A stretch of 63,884 nt of DNA from Planctomycetota bacterium (GTDB lineage: Bacteria; Planctomycetota; Phycisphaerae; UBA1845): contig JBBTCJ010000068.1 of assembly GCA_038043285.1 (NCBI GenBank), positions 1 to 63,884 of the forward strand, given 5' to 3'. A program made the position numbers and the translations under genes. The number at the start of each line of letters is the position of its first letter. The stretch's first letter is position 1. This document shows, piece by piece, positions 19,611 through 31,600 of this stretch. Below the pieces are notes generated by a model. It was not told the DNA's origin, ran no database searches, and saw only the letters and a list, made by a program, of their open reading frames with translations.

Positions 19611-19631
19611 GGGTGGGCATCGCCCACCATT
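19611..19631. repeat. REP-like palindrome GGTGGGCATCGCCCACC
   Basis: agggtgggcatcgcccacca immediately after the DUF5076-like gene. Confidence 0.6.
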
Positions 19632-19652
19632 TGTCGAATCAGGTAGTCGATC

Positions 19653-21650
<1,998 letters not shown>

Positions 21651-21663
21651 TCGACCATTCGCT

Positions 21664-22422
21664 ATGTCCAAAACCTTCAAAGTGAGAGTCCTTCGCCAGC
21701 CCGAACCGCACAGCGGGTCGCACTGGGAGACGTTCAACGTCCACCACGAAGATGGGATGAATATGACCACGGTGATGCAGCGGATCGCCGCCCATCCCGT
21801 CACCGTCGAAAACCAACCCACCACGCCGGTCGCCTACGACTGCTGCTGCCTCGAAGAGGTTTGCGGGGCGTGTACGATGGTCATCAACGGTTGCGTTCGG
21901 CAGGCGTGTTCCGCGTTGGTGGACGAACTTCTGAAGGATTCGCCGACGGGCGTCGAAGTCAGCCCGATGACCAAGTTCCCAGTGGTGCGCGACTTGGTCG
22001 TCGACCGCAAGCGGATGTTCGAGAGTCTTAAGCGGGTGAAGGCATGGGTGGCGGTCGACGGATATCATGATCTGGGTCCGGGTCCGCGACTCACTCCCGC
22101 GGAACAGGACGAAGCCTATCCCCTCTCCCGATGCATGACCTGCGGGTGCTGCGTCGAGGCGTGTCCGCAATTCAGCGACCGCTCGACGTTCATAGGCCCG
22201 GCCGCGGTCTCGCAGGTGATTTTCTTCAATGCCCATCCAACGGGGAGGGTGGACCGCGACGCCCGGTTGGAGATCCTCTCCGGCGTCGGCGGCATCGTGG
22301 ATTGCGGAAACAGTCAGAACTGCGTGAAGGTCTGCCCCAAGGACATCCCTCTGACGACCTCGATCGCCAAGGCCGGACGCGACACGACATTGTACAAGCT
22401 TCGCAAGTGGTTTGGGCGATAG
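21664..22422 (+). CDS. sdhB: Succinate dehydrogenase iron-sulfur subunit
   Basis: CLEEVCGAC, CMTCGCCVEACP, CGNSQNCVKVCP. Confidence 0.97.
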   Translation: MSKTFKVRVLRQPEPHSGSHWETFNVHHEDGMNMTTVMQRIAAHPVTVENQPTTPVAYDCCCLEEVCGACTMVINGCVRQACSALVDELLKDSPTGVEVSPMTKFPVVRDLVVDRKRMFESLKRVKAWVAVDGYHDLGPGPRLTPAEQDEAYPLSRCMTCGCCVEACPQFSDRSTFIGPAAVSQVIFFNAHPTGRVDRDARLEILSGVGGIVDCGNSQNCVKVCPKDIPLTTSIAKAGRDTTLYKLRKWFGR

Positions 22423-22494
22423 CAACCTAGAATTGGCCGACGGCTATCTTGCCGGGAACGATGAACGTCCCTTCGCCGCTTCATGGGAGGATTT

Positions 22495-22525
22495 GATTGC
22501 CGATTGCCGATTGCCAACTGCCGAT
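22495..22525. repeat. GATTGCC heptamer tandem repeat (about 4 units)
   Basis: gattgccgattgccgattgccaactgccgat. Confidence 0.75.
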
Positions 22526-24170
22526 GAGACGACCGTACCCCGTGTCCCGTGAGGCGTACCGTGGTGCACCATGCGCGACGCGAACGGGAGAATGCCATAC
22601 ACAGCAGATTGCTGCCTACTTCCGCGCCGCTGCATTTGCTTTGGCGGCGTGGGCGCCCTACGCCGTCGCTGTTCCCATTGATCCGAACAATCCGCCGTCG
22701 GGGCGTTTCAGCGACGAATGGATGGAAATCCACATGGGTCCGGGAAAGGTCGGCTACGCCCACTCCTCGATGACCCGCGAAGGCGATCTCGTGCATACGG
22801 ACATGCATTTCCATATCCGCATGGGCCGGGCGGAGCAGCCCGTCACCATTGAGATGAAACAACACGTCACCGAGACGGTCGCCGGCATTCCCAAGGCCTT
22901 TACCTCGGAGGTCAACATGGCCGCCGTGAAGCAATCCATCAAGGGCCTGGTGGCAGATGGAAAGGTCGAGGTGACGACGTCGCAGTTCGGACTTGACCAA
23001 ACGCAGGCGTTTGATTTCCCAGCCGGGGCGGTGATGGCGTGGGGAACGTATCGAGAAAGTTTGCTCCGCGGCTTCCAACCCGGGACGGAGTATACGCTGA
23101 GCACCTATGCCCCGGAGATGCGGCTGGACGGCGCGGTGTCGGCGGTCACGCGGGTCGGCGATTGGGAGGAGTTCGCGCATGCGGGGAACAAGCAACGAGG
23201 GCAGAAGATCCTGGTGTCGATGCAATCGCCGATGGGTTCGATGGAGATGACTTCGTGGGTGAACGGCGACGGTGTGCCGATCAAGTCGATCATGCCCGTG
23301 CCGGGAATGGGGGATTTCACGCTGCTGGCGGTGGATCAGAAGGCCGCCCTGTCCGACTTCCTGCCGCCGGAGTTTTTCAACACTACGGTGGTCAAGGCCA
23401 AGCGGAAGATCGATTACCAGTCCGCCCAGCGCATCAAGTACCGGGTGTTCGCCAAGGACGGCAAGACCGATCTCGGCGACCTGCCGGAGACCGACTCACA
23501 GAAGATCAACGCCAAGGGCGAGCACTGGGTCGAGCTGACGGTCTCGCGCTTGCGCCCACCGGCGCCTTCGAGGGGTCCGTCGAGTTCCAGCGGCCAAGGG
23601 AATCGGGTTGATCCCGCGAAATCACCCGGCGGCAAGGGCGACGCGAGCCTGGCGGAGTTCCTCGATGGCAACCTGATGATGAACCTCGAGGACGAAACGC
23701 TCAAGGATCTCGCCATGAGGGCGCGAGGCGATGGATCGCCCGAGCCTTCCGAGCTGGCCGACCGGCTGCGCAAGTTCGTCACCGAGTTTGTCCAAAGCAA
23801 GAACCTCAACGTCGGGTTTGCAACGGCCAACGAAGTCGCCCGAAACCGTGAAGGGGATTGCAGCGAGCACGGCGTTCTGCTGGCGGCGTTGGGTCGGCTC
23901 AACGGAATCCCCTCACGCGTCGCGGTGGGACTGGCCTACGTTCCGGTCTTCGGCAAGCAGGACGATATCTTCGGCTATCATCTTTGGACACAGTTTCACG
24001 TTGACGGGAGGTGGATTGACGTGGACGCGGCATTGCGGGAGACCGATTGCAGTCCCATCCGCATTGCCTTCGCGACGTCGTCGCTGAAGAACTCGGTGCT
24101 GGCGGACCTGTCGCTACCGCTGTTCACCAAGCTGGGCGCGATTGACATTGACGTACTCGAGATCGAGTAG
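22524..24170 (+). CDS. Secreted transglutaminase-like domain protein
   Basis: GDCSEHGVLLAALGR..GIPSRVAVGL, HLWTQ, WIDVDAA catalytic triad. Signal-like N-terminus; start uncertain. Confidence 0.85.
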   Translation: MRRPYPVSREAYRGAPCATRTGECHTQQIAAYFRAAAFALAAWAPYAVAVPIDPNNPPSGRFSDEWMEIHMGPGKVGYAHSSMTREGDLVHTDMHFHIRMGRAEQPVTIEMKQHVTETVAGIPKAFTSEVNMAAVKQSIKGLVADGKVEVTTSQFGLDQTQAFDFPAGAVMAWGTYRESLLRGFQPGTEYTLSTYAPEMRLDGAVSAVTRVGDWEEFAHAGNKQRGQKILVSMQSPMGSMEMTSWVNGDGVPIKSIMPVPGMGDFTLLAVDQKAALSDFLPPEFFNTTVVKAKRKIDYQSAQRIKYRVFAKDGKTDLGDLPETDSQKINAKGEHWVELTVSRLRPPAPSRGPSSSSGQGNRVDPAKSPGGKGDASLAEFLDGNLMMNLEDETLKDLAMRARGDGSPEPSELADRLRKFVTEFVQSKNLNVGFATANEVARNREGDCSEHGVLLAALGRLNGIPSRVAVGLAYVPVFGKQDDIFGYHLWTQFHVDGRWIDVDAALRETDCSPIRIAFATSSLKNSVLADLSLPLFTKLGAIDIDVLEIE

Positions 24171-24214
24171 TCGCTGGAGGGACATTGACGTGTCTCTACG
24201 GGATGCACGACGGC

Positions 24215-24290
24215 CCGCTCCCTCACGGTCGCGGCTCTGATCGAAGCGCCGCGCGGTCGCATCCGTACCGCGACCGTGAGGGAGCGGCCC
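24215..24290. repeat. Repeat family A doublet
   Basis: ccgctccctcacggtcgcggctctga ... taccgcgaccgtgagggagcggccc. Confidence 0.85.
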
Positions 24291-24390
24291 GGATAAGAAG
24301 CGGCTCGCCGTTTGATCTGAGCTACGAGCGCATGCGTGCGGGCCTTTTTTGAACCGCAACCCGAGTGAAACGAAATACTGGGAGCGTACC

Positions 24391-25113
24391 GTGAAACGAG
24401 CCGATGGCCGAAGCGGGAGTGACCTGCGACCGGTGCGCATTCTTCGCCGATACACGGCGAATCCGGCGGGGTCAGTGCTCATCGAAGCCGGACGGACCAA
24501 GGTTCTCTGCACCGCCTGCTGGGAGGTCGGCGTGCCCGCGTGGAAGAAGGGGCAGGGAAGCGGCTGGGTGACGGCCGAATACGATATGCTCCCCGGCGCG
24601 ACGGCGCAACGGCGGGGGAGGAACCGTCTGAAAGTTGACGGCCGCACGCAGGAAATCCAACGGCTCGTCGGGCGATCCCTTCGGGCGATCGTCGACCTCG
24701 ACGCCCTCGGTGAGAACTCCATCCTCATCGACTGCGACGTGCTGGAGGCCGACGGCGGCACGCGAACGGCGAGCATTACGGGCGCGTACGTCGCCCTGTG
24801 CGACGCCGTCAGCTTCGCACAGCGGAACAAGTTCATCACTGCCTCTCCGATCACCGACATGGTAGCGGCTGTGAGCGTCGGGCGCATCGGACGACGGTTG
24901 CTCTTGGACCTCGACTATCCCGAGGACGTCGCCGCTGAAGTGGATTTTAACGTGGTAATGACCGGCTCGGGGAGGTTCGTCGAGGTCCAGGGCACGGGCG
25001 AGGAGTCCACGTTCACGCAGGCTGAGTTGGATCGAATGGTCCGTCTGGCTGCGCGGGGCATTCGTCAACTCCACGCCATCCAGCAGCGGGCGCTTCGGAG
25101 CCGAAGTTCGTGA
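24391..25113 (+). CDS. rph: Ribonuclease PH
   Basis: RADGR...LRPV, GSVLIEAGRTKVLC, GWVTAEYDMLP, EIQRLVGRSLR, DVLEADGGTRTASITG, DLDYPED, VEVQGTGE. Confidence 0.96.
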   Translation: MKRADGRSGSDLRPVRILRRYTANPAGSVLIEAGRTKVLCTACWEVGVPAWKKGQGSGWVTAEYDMLPGATAQRRGRNRLKVDGRTQEIQRLVGRSLRAIVDLDALGENSILIDCDVLEADGGTRTASITGAYVALCDAVSFAQRNKFITASPITDMVAAVSVGRIGRRLLLDLDYPEDVAAEVDFNVVMTGSGRFVEVQGTGEESTFTQAELDRMVRLAARGIRQLHAIQQRALRSRSS

Positions 25114-26009
25114 GCGCCAGCCGCTGCCCTTCGGACTTGCAAACAACCGTAGGATCCGAGTCCGTTCCGCGACCGGCAGGAAGCGGCCCAGGCTCGGTCG
25201 GCTGGCGCCTTGTTCTGGCCATGCTGACGTTGGGCACGAACTTTCTTATGACCGCCTCAGGCTGCGCCACCACCGGTGGACGTTCCGTCGGCGGTCAGGG
25301 GAGCGGGGGCGCTCCCTGGACCATCCGATGCGTGGAAATCTCCGGCCCGCAGCGCGTGCAACAAATCCAGCAGTACACCGAGACGTTGCGCAACACGCCC
25401 GGCATCCGCGCAGGAGACGTTTTCTTCCGCGACGAAGAAGACGGCCAGGCTAGGTTGTACTACGGCTCGTACCGGCGGCGGGCGGACCCCAAGACCGGCA
25501 AGCGTCCGATTCCGCGGCCCATGCAACAAGACCTCGATCTCTTGCGCTCGTTGGGCGGCCCCGACGGCAAGCGGTATTTCTCGCGTGCAATCCCTTCCCG
25601 CGTTCCGCAGCCCGACGTCGGAAACCCCGAGTGGCGGCTGGAGAGCGCAGCCGGGGCGTACTCGTTGCAGGTCGCGGCGTTCGAACCGACGGATGATTTC
25701 TGGGAGTACAAGAAGGCCGCGGCGGAATACTGCGCCTACCTCCGAGGGAAGGGCTACGAAGCCTACTTTCACCACTCGGCCGTCGGAAGCGAAGTGACCG
25801 TCGGAGCATTCGGAGCGGACGCGATCGTGCGCGACGCGAGCGGAATCGTGAATTACAGCTTGCGGGTCATCGCTTTGCAGAAGGACGAGTTGCTGAAATA
25901 CAACCTGGTCAACGGCGGCGTGATCTATGTTCACGATCCGGGGCTGGGACGGACGGCGGTTCCCTCCCGACTCGTCGGAATCCCCAAGCCGCGTCCGCCA
26001 TCCCCATGA
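25110..26009 (+). CDS. Hypothetical lipoprotein with SPOR-like domain
   Basis: TASGC lipobox-like site. YSLQVAAF...AAEYCAYLRGKGYEAYF...VTVGAF. Confidence 0.6.
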   Translation: MSASRCPSDLQTTVGSESVPRPAGSGPGSVGWRLVLAMLTLGTNFLMTASGCATTGGRSVGGQGSGGAPWTIRCVEISGPQRVQQIQQYTETLRNTPGIRAGDVFFRDEEDGQARLYYGSYRRRADPKTGKRPIPRPMQQDLDLLRSLGGPDGKRYFSRAIPSRVPQPDVGNPEWRLESAAGAYSLQVAAFEPTDDFWEYKKAAAEYCAYLRGKGYEAYFHHSAVGSEVTVGAFGADAIVRDASGIVNYSLRVIALQKDELLKYNLVNGGVIYVHDPGLGRTAVPSRLVGIPKPRPPSP

Positions 26010-26161
26010 TCCTCGGCTGGGAATCCGGCGTTCTTAACCGGCGCGCATAAGATCGACAGCGTTGTTCGTTGGTCCCATGCACGGCGATCGTTACTATGAC
26101 CTGCGTGGCGTTCCATCGTGGATGGAACTTCCCATCGCGACCCGAAGGCTGCGAACACAGT

Positions 26162-28426
26162 ATGCTAACCTCGCTCAACACCGCGACAGCATCTCCCTCT
26201 GAACCACCCGGCTCGCCGCGCCAGGCCGGTCGGTATGTCATCATCCTGGTCCTGGCTATCTTCGTCGCCTGGCCGGCGATCCGCGGAGAGTTCGTCGGCG
26301 GCGACGATCATCGACTGGTTCTGAACCACGTTCTGGTCAACCACCCGTCGGTCGCTCACGCGATTGAGCTGTTCCAGATCGTCCATCGCGACCTCTATCA
26401 GCCGCTTCCGCTGTTGACCTTTCAACTGGAGTTCTTGGTCGCCAACGCCTTCGGCATGTTTGATCGCAGCGTGGAGGCCGGCGCCTGGCTGTTTCACTTC
26501 GACAACATGTGGCTTCATGCGCTCAACGCGCTGCTCGTCTTCTCACTGGTCCGGCGGCTTGTCGAAGGGGCCAAGGGTGCGGCCGCCGATCGCCTTGCGC
26601 TGATCGCAGCCGTTCTGTTCGCCTGCCATCCGCTACAAGTCGAGGTGATCGCCTGGATCAACGGACGGATGATGCTGTTGTCCACGTTGTTCGCCTTGCT
26701 CTCGGTCCTTTCGTTCGATCGCTTCCTGCAGCGCGGAGGGTTTGCGCGGGCGTTGCTGTCGGTGGTGCTGGCCTTGCTGTCCGCCATCAGCAAGGTTCGC
26801 GTCGGATTACCGCCGCTGATGCTTCTGGCGGCGTGGGCGACGCATCGCCGAATCGGCGCCCGTGGGTGGCTCGCGTGGGGGTGCTCAACTCTGGTGATCG
26901 GTGCGTTTGCGGTCGTCAACATCCACGCGACGGCCGAGGCGGACATGTTCGAAGGTGGCGCCGAGCAGCTTCACGGTCCGACGCCGGTTCGGGCGGGACT
27001 GGCGATGGCACACTATTTCCGCACGTTGGTTTGGCCGGTGGGACTGGGCAGTTACTACCCTGCGCCGATCACCGTGGAATGGTGGAGCGCCTCGACGTTG
27101 ACCGCGGGTGCGGTGACCTTGGTTGGCGTGGCCTTGATGGTCCTGGTCGCCTGGCGAGTTCGCGCCTGCGGATGGGCCGTGCCGTGGTTTTTCTTCGGTA
27201 TCGCCGACACCCTGCCCTTCGTGCCTGCCCGGAACATCCTGGCCGCCGACCGCTACCTGTACCTGCCGATCATCGGCCTCGTCGTTTTGGCCGCTGCGGT
27301 GGCTGACGCGGTTTTCCGCCGCGCGGGCGACCGCGTCCGGTCCCCTCGCTTCCGCGTTGCATCGTGGATGACGACCTGCGCGTTGCTCTGCCTGTTCCTG
27401 GGGATCGGGTGGCGCGTGGCGGACACCTATACAACGGCGCTGAAGAAGACCCTGCGCACGGCGACGACTTTCCCACATGAGCCGCGCGTCTGGGAGCGCG
27501 CCGGATGGGCGTACCATCGCGCCGGTTATTACCCTGAGGCGATCGAATTCGCCCAACGCGAACTCGTTCACGACAACGCCGTTCTCCGAAGCGCCGGGCT
27601 TCAACTCTGGGGCATGTCCGAACTTCGAAGGGGCAACGTTGACGAAGGCTTGCGCCTGTTGCACCGCGCCCGGGAGATTGCTCCCAAGGATCCTTTGGCG
27701 GTGTACCGGTTGGCGGCCGCCTATGATGAGCTTGGCCGATGGAAGGACGCGCTTCCGCTGTTCGAAGCCTCCGCCGAATATTCCCCCGGCGACAACGTCA
27801 CGCTCCGCCGACTGGCCGCCCTCTACCGCCGCGAGGGACGCCTCGACGAGGCTCGCCAGCTTTATGAACGCTCACTGACCAACAACGCGTTCGACATCGA
27901 GGCTGCCGTCGGGTTGGTCGAGTTGGACGTTGAGGCCGCAACGACGTCATCCTATGCGGCGGCGGAGCAGCGCCTGCGTAAGCTCCTGGATCATCTGCCC
28001 GAAGACGCGCGCCTCAACGCCAACCTGGGGATGATCCGCTTCTTAGAAGAACGTGCCGACGACGCCATGAAGCTCGCCTCAAGGGCGTTCGTCGCCTTGA
28101 TCGACGCGCGGTACGCGATGGCGGCCGCCAGGGTCGACGAACTCTGTGAATTGAGTACGTCCGAGGACGCCCGGTCGTGGCTGTTGACGGCGCTTCAGCG
28201 GCACGACGAGGAGCGTCCCGGTGAACCGTGGACCATCGGCCTGGCCACGCGGCTGCTGATTGTCGATGGACAACTCGACGCCGCGGAAGCATTCCTAGGG
28301 TTATTCCAAAAGCAATGCGCGTCCGAGGAATGCCGAGCCTACTCCGATCGGTTGGCGACAGAGTTGATCGCCGCACGGACCGTCTCGCTGGATCCGTCGC
28401 CCGCGGCGGATGACGCTCCGCCCTGA
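26162..28426 (+). CDS. TMTC-like (GT-C) membrane glycosyltransferase with C-terminal TPRs
   Basis: GDD luminal loop, YQPLPLLTF, HPLQVEVIAWINGR, SK, ADRYLYLP, about 11 TM helices followed by TPRs. Confidence 0.82.
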   Translation: MLTSLNTATASPSEPPGSPRQAGRYVIILVLAIFVAWPAIRGEFVGGDDHRLVLNHVLVNHPSVAHAIELFQIVHRDLYQPLPLLTFQLEFLVANAFGMFDRSVEAGAWLFHFDNMWLHALNALLVFSLVRRLVEGAKGAAADRLALIAAVLFACHPLQVEVIAWINGRMMLLSTLFALLSVLSFDRFLQRGGFARALLSVVLALLSAISKVRVGLPPLMLLAAWATHRRIGARGWLAWGCSTLVIGAFAVVNIHATAEADMFEGGAEQLHGPTPVRAGLAMAHYFRTLVWPVGLGSYYPAPITVEWWSASTLTAGAVTLVGVALMVLVAWRVRACGWAVPWFFFGIADTLPFVPARNILAADRYLYLPIIGLVVLAAAVADAVFRRAGDRVRSPRFRVASWMTTCALLCLFLGIGWRVADTYTTALKKTLRTATTFPHEPRVWERAGWAYHRAGYYPEAIEFAQRELVHDNAVLRSAGLQLWGMSELRRGNVDEGLRLLHRAREIAPKDPLAVYRLAAAYDELGRWKDALPLFEASAEYSPGDNVTLRRLAALYRREGRLDEARQLYERSLTNNAFDIEAAVGLVELDVEAATTSSYAAAEQRLRKLLDHLPEDARLNANLGMIRFLEERADDAMKLASRAFVALIDARYAMAAARVDELCELSTSEDARSWLLTALQRHDEERPGEPWTIGLATRLLIVDGQLDAAEAFLGLFQKQCASEECRAYSDRLATELIAARTVSLDPSPAADDAPP

Positions 28427-28510
28427 GAATTCACAGCAGATCGGCCAGGTCGCAAAGTGCTACTTTCAACGGGCATGACCGGTCGCTGGTAGGGTCAACC
28501 GAGATTCGTA

Positions 28511-28540
28511 TTTACATCTGACCCCGGATTCCAATATAAT
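28511..28540 (+). promoter_or_regulatory. Sigma70-type promoter for giant protein 1
   Basis: TTTACA-18 bp-TATAAT. Confidence 0.6.
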
Positions 28541-28664
28541 CTCGATTGCCGATGACCGTCTTCGATCTTCCCAGGGCGGCATGTTGGCGCACCGTTCTAT
28601 CTGACTGTTGGCGAATCCAGGGGTAAGGACATGGCCGTGCCCTTCCCCAGAGAAGGAGCAAGCA

Positions 28665-31600
28665 ATGCAAGTCCTTGCGCGGCTCTTCGGCTTTGCCGGC
28701 ACATTCGCCGGCTTGTTTTTTTTCGTAGGCGTGATCACGACGCGGCCGATCGCCGCGGTCTACGTGAAGGGCGTGGAAGCGGTCCATGCACCGATTGCTG
28801 ACGATGCGGAAGAGGGGTTGACAAAAGCGGGGCACTCTTACCCGCCTGCGACCGGCAACGTTGCACCTCGCCGCAGCGCCGCGACCGCGGGCGATTGGAC
28901 GTTGCGGAAGGGAGATGCTTCGAATCGTACGGCTCGATCGCCTCGAACTGTTTCGGCGGTCGGACACCTGCCGCCATCCACCCCGATGATCGTGAACTAC
29001 AAGGACGACGAGCCGTCGCGGATGCGGGCCGCCGGTTTGTTGAAGGGCGCACTTCCGCTTCCGCTGGAAGGATCCATCGCGGCGGGAGGGTGCACGTTCG
29101 ACATCGAGTGCGACGATGCCAACCCCTGCACGCGCGACGTTTGTGAGATTGACGTATCGCAGGGCATGGGGAGCGGAAAGTGCTCGCACGCCGCGGTCTC
29201 GCCCGGCGAACCCGGCGATTGCGACGACGGAGTGTTCTGCAACGGGCGAGAGTTCTGCAACAGCGGCGGAGTGTGCCAATCCGGTCTTGCGGCAACGTGT
29301 TGCACGGGCGGACCAGGAAATGACCCGCCGCAGCAGTACTGCTCCGAGAACGCCGGCCTGTGTGCCGACGACGCGCCACTTCCGGGGAAGCTCTGCGCCG
29401 CAGACGCCGATTGCGGCGGCAAGGAATGCAACCATTGTCGAGCGATCTGTTCCACGAACGCGGATTGCGGCGATGGCTACGTTTGCAACGGCGTGGAAAC
29501 TTGTGCCGGCGGCCAGTGCGTTGCAGGAGTTCCGCCGTGCGGCGGAGGGGCCTTGTGCTCGGAGAAGAAATGTAGCGGCACCCCTACGACTGCCTGTGTC
29601 GACGACGCCGACTGCCCCAGCGGGCAGACGTGCACGGGAGCAGGGCCTGTCTGCTACTTCGGACGATGCTGCGATCCCATCAACCCGGCGACGTGCAGCA
29701 CTCTGAAGCTTGCGAACTGCACCGGTGGCAAACACTGGTACGCCGGTGACGCCGGTAGAGAGAACGGCGCCGCCAACACCTGTGGTGGAGTCAGCCCGAT
29801 CAACCCGGGCGTACAACTTGGCTGTCCAAGGTACACCAGCGGCATTTCCCAGCTCGGATTGACGCTCCCGTCTCATCCCGTGACCGTCGGACCGGTGTCG
29901 GCTTCGGTTGTCGCGGTTTCCCCACCGAACGGACCGGGAGCGGCGCTGAACCGTCTGGGTGACGACTACCAATTCGATCCTTTCGACCCTTCCACGCACA
30001 TGATGCTCGTGGCCGTCCGATTCGTCGGCTATGTGTCGGTTCCGGACGCAATCTTCGTCGAGTTCTGGGACGAGAACGGGAACTTCATCGAAGAACTCCA
30101 AGTGCGACCTTCCCTGGCTGCGGCCGTCAACCTGGTTTACCTCGAAGAGCCTCTGGTGATTCCGCCACGCGGGTACATGACCGCCGTGACCAAGCGTGAG
30201 ACCGGACCGGATGTGAGGTTCTTTTGGTTGTCGGCAACGACGGTGAACGAGGGCGCGAACGACCCGAGCAAGCTGTTCGTCAACAACGACCCGAACGCGG
30301 CCAACTTCATGGGCTTGTCGCCCGGAATCCTCTCTTTTGAGCTGGTTGGGTCGATTGTCATCCCGCCGCTTGGCGGATGCTGCGATCCGATGACCGGTGC
30401 GTGCGGCAACGAGTTGGAATGGGTCTGCCGGGGCGATGGGCGTACCTTTCAAGGCGTTGGAAGCTACTGCAACACTTGCCTGTTCGGCAGCAACACCGGC
30501 GCTCCTTGCAGCCGGTGCTCGGGCGGGGGAACGCCGGGCGCGTCGTGCAACGCCGACGCGGATTGCTCAGGGGGAACCTGCACCGCGGATAACGCCGTGT
30601 GCAATGTCGGCTCGAGCACGTGCAGCAACGACGCGTCGAACACCTGCACGTCCAGCGCGGAATGCGTGGCTCGTTCGAATGTCTGCAGCAATCGGGACCA
30701 GGGTTGCGTGTTCAGCAGCGACTGCCCGCCGGGCGGCGTTTGTGGCGGCGCGGGAACCTGCGAAGCGGGCCTTTGTGCGACCCTCGATGCGTGCGGCGTC
30801 GGTGCCTGCTGCAACTCGACCACGGGAGCTTGCACGCCCGACACCGCCCTCGGCGGATGCACAGGAGGCGGCGAAACGTTCCTCGGCCTGGGCACGGACT
30901 GCGACCCGAACTGCTGTCCGCAGCCGGCTGGCGGCTGGACCGGGGCCGATGACTGTCAGAATGCCGTCATTCACTGGATTCCTACGCTGAACCCCTACGA
31001 TCCACCCTATGTCATCACCATCACCGGCGACGATTCGTACGCATCCAGCACGCTGGCGAATCCCGATTCCTGTTTCGGACCGCCGACGTCGGTGGCGAGC
31101 GACCTCGGTTGGTGGCAGAGTTTCTTCTTGACCGGAAGCTGCACCCGCGTACGAATCGACCATTGCGGCTCATCCCCGACGCAACGCGGGAGCTGGTCCT
31201 GGCTGGCGAGAGATTGCTCGTGCAACGAGATGGTCAACGCGACCCCAGATCCCTACATCACCGGAGTGGGCGCCACGGGGTACGGATCTCCATACTGCGA
31301 CGATGCGAATGTGTGGATGCAATTCGGGTTGCTGGGCCCGGGCGAGTATTTTTATTCCACGCTAAACAGCCTGCAAGTCGGCGGCGGACCGTACCAGATG
31401 CACATCGTCGCCGAGGGCTGTCCCACGGCAGCTTGCTGCCGACCCGACGGAAGCTGCATCGACGACGTCAACCAACACGAATGCGACGCTCTCGGAGGCA
31501 TCTTCCTCGCTCCACCCCAGCAGTCCCCGGCCATTGCGCTTTGTGTGGGAAGCCCGGGAGCCTGTGCCACGGGTTCGTGCTGCACCGGGCCTGGTCAGTG

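Noticed and set aside
28441-28502. GTCGCAAAG...AACCGA resembling a c-di-GMP-I riboswitch
   Set aside because: The GGCAAA/GNRA P2 stem is missing, and the segment lies upstream of the predicted promoter.
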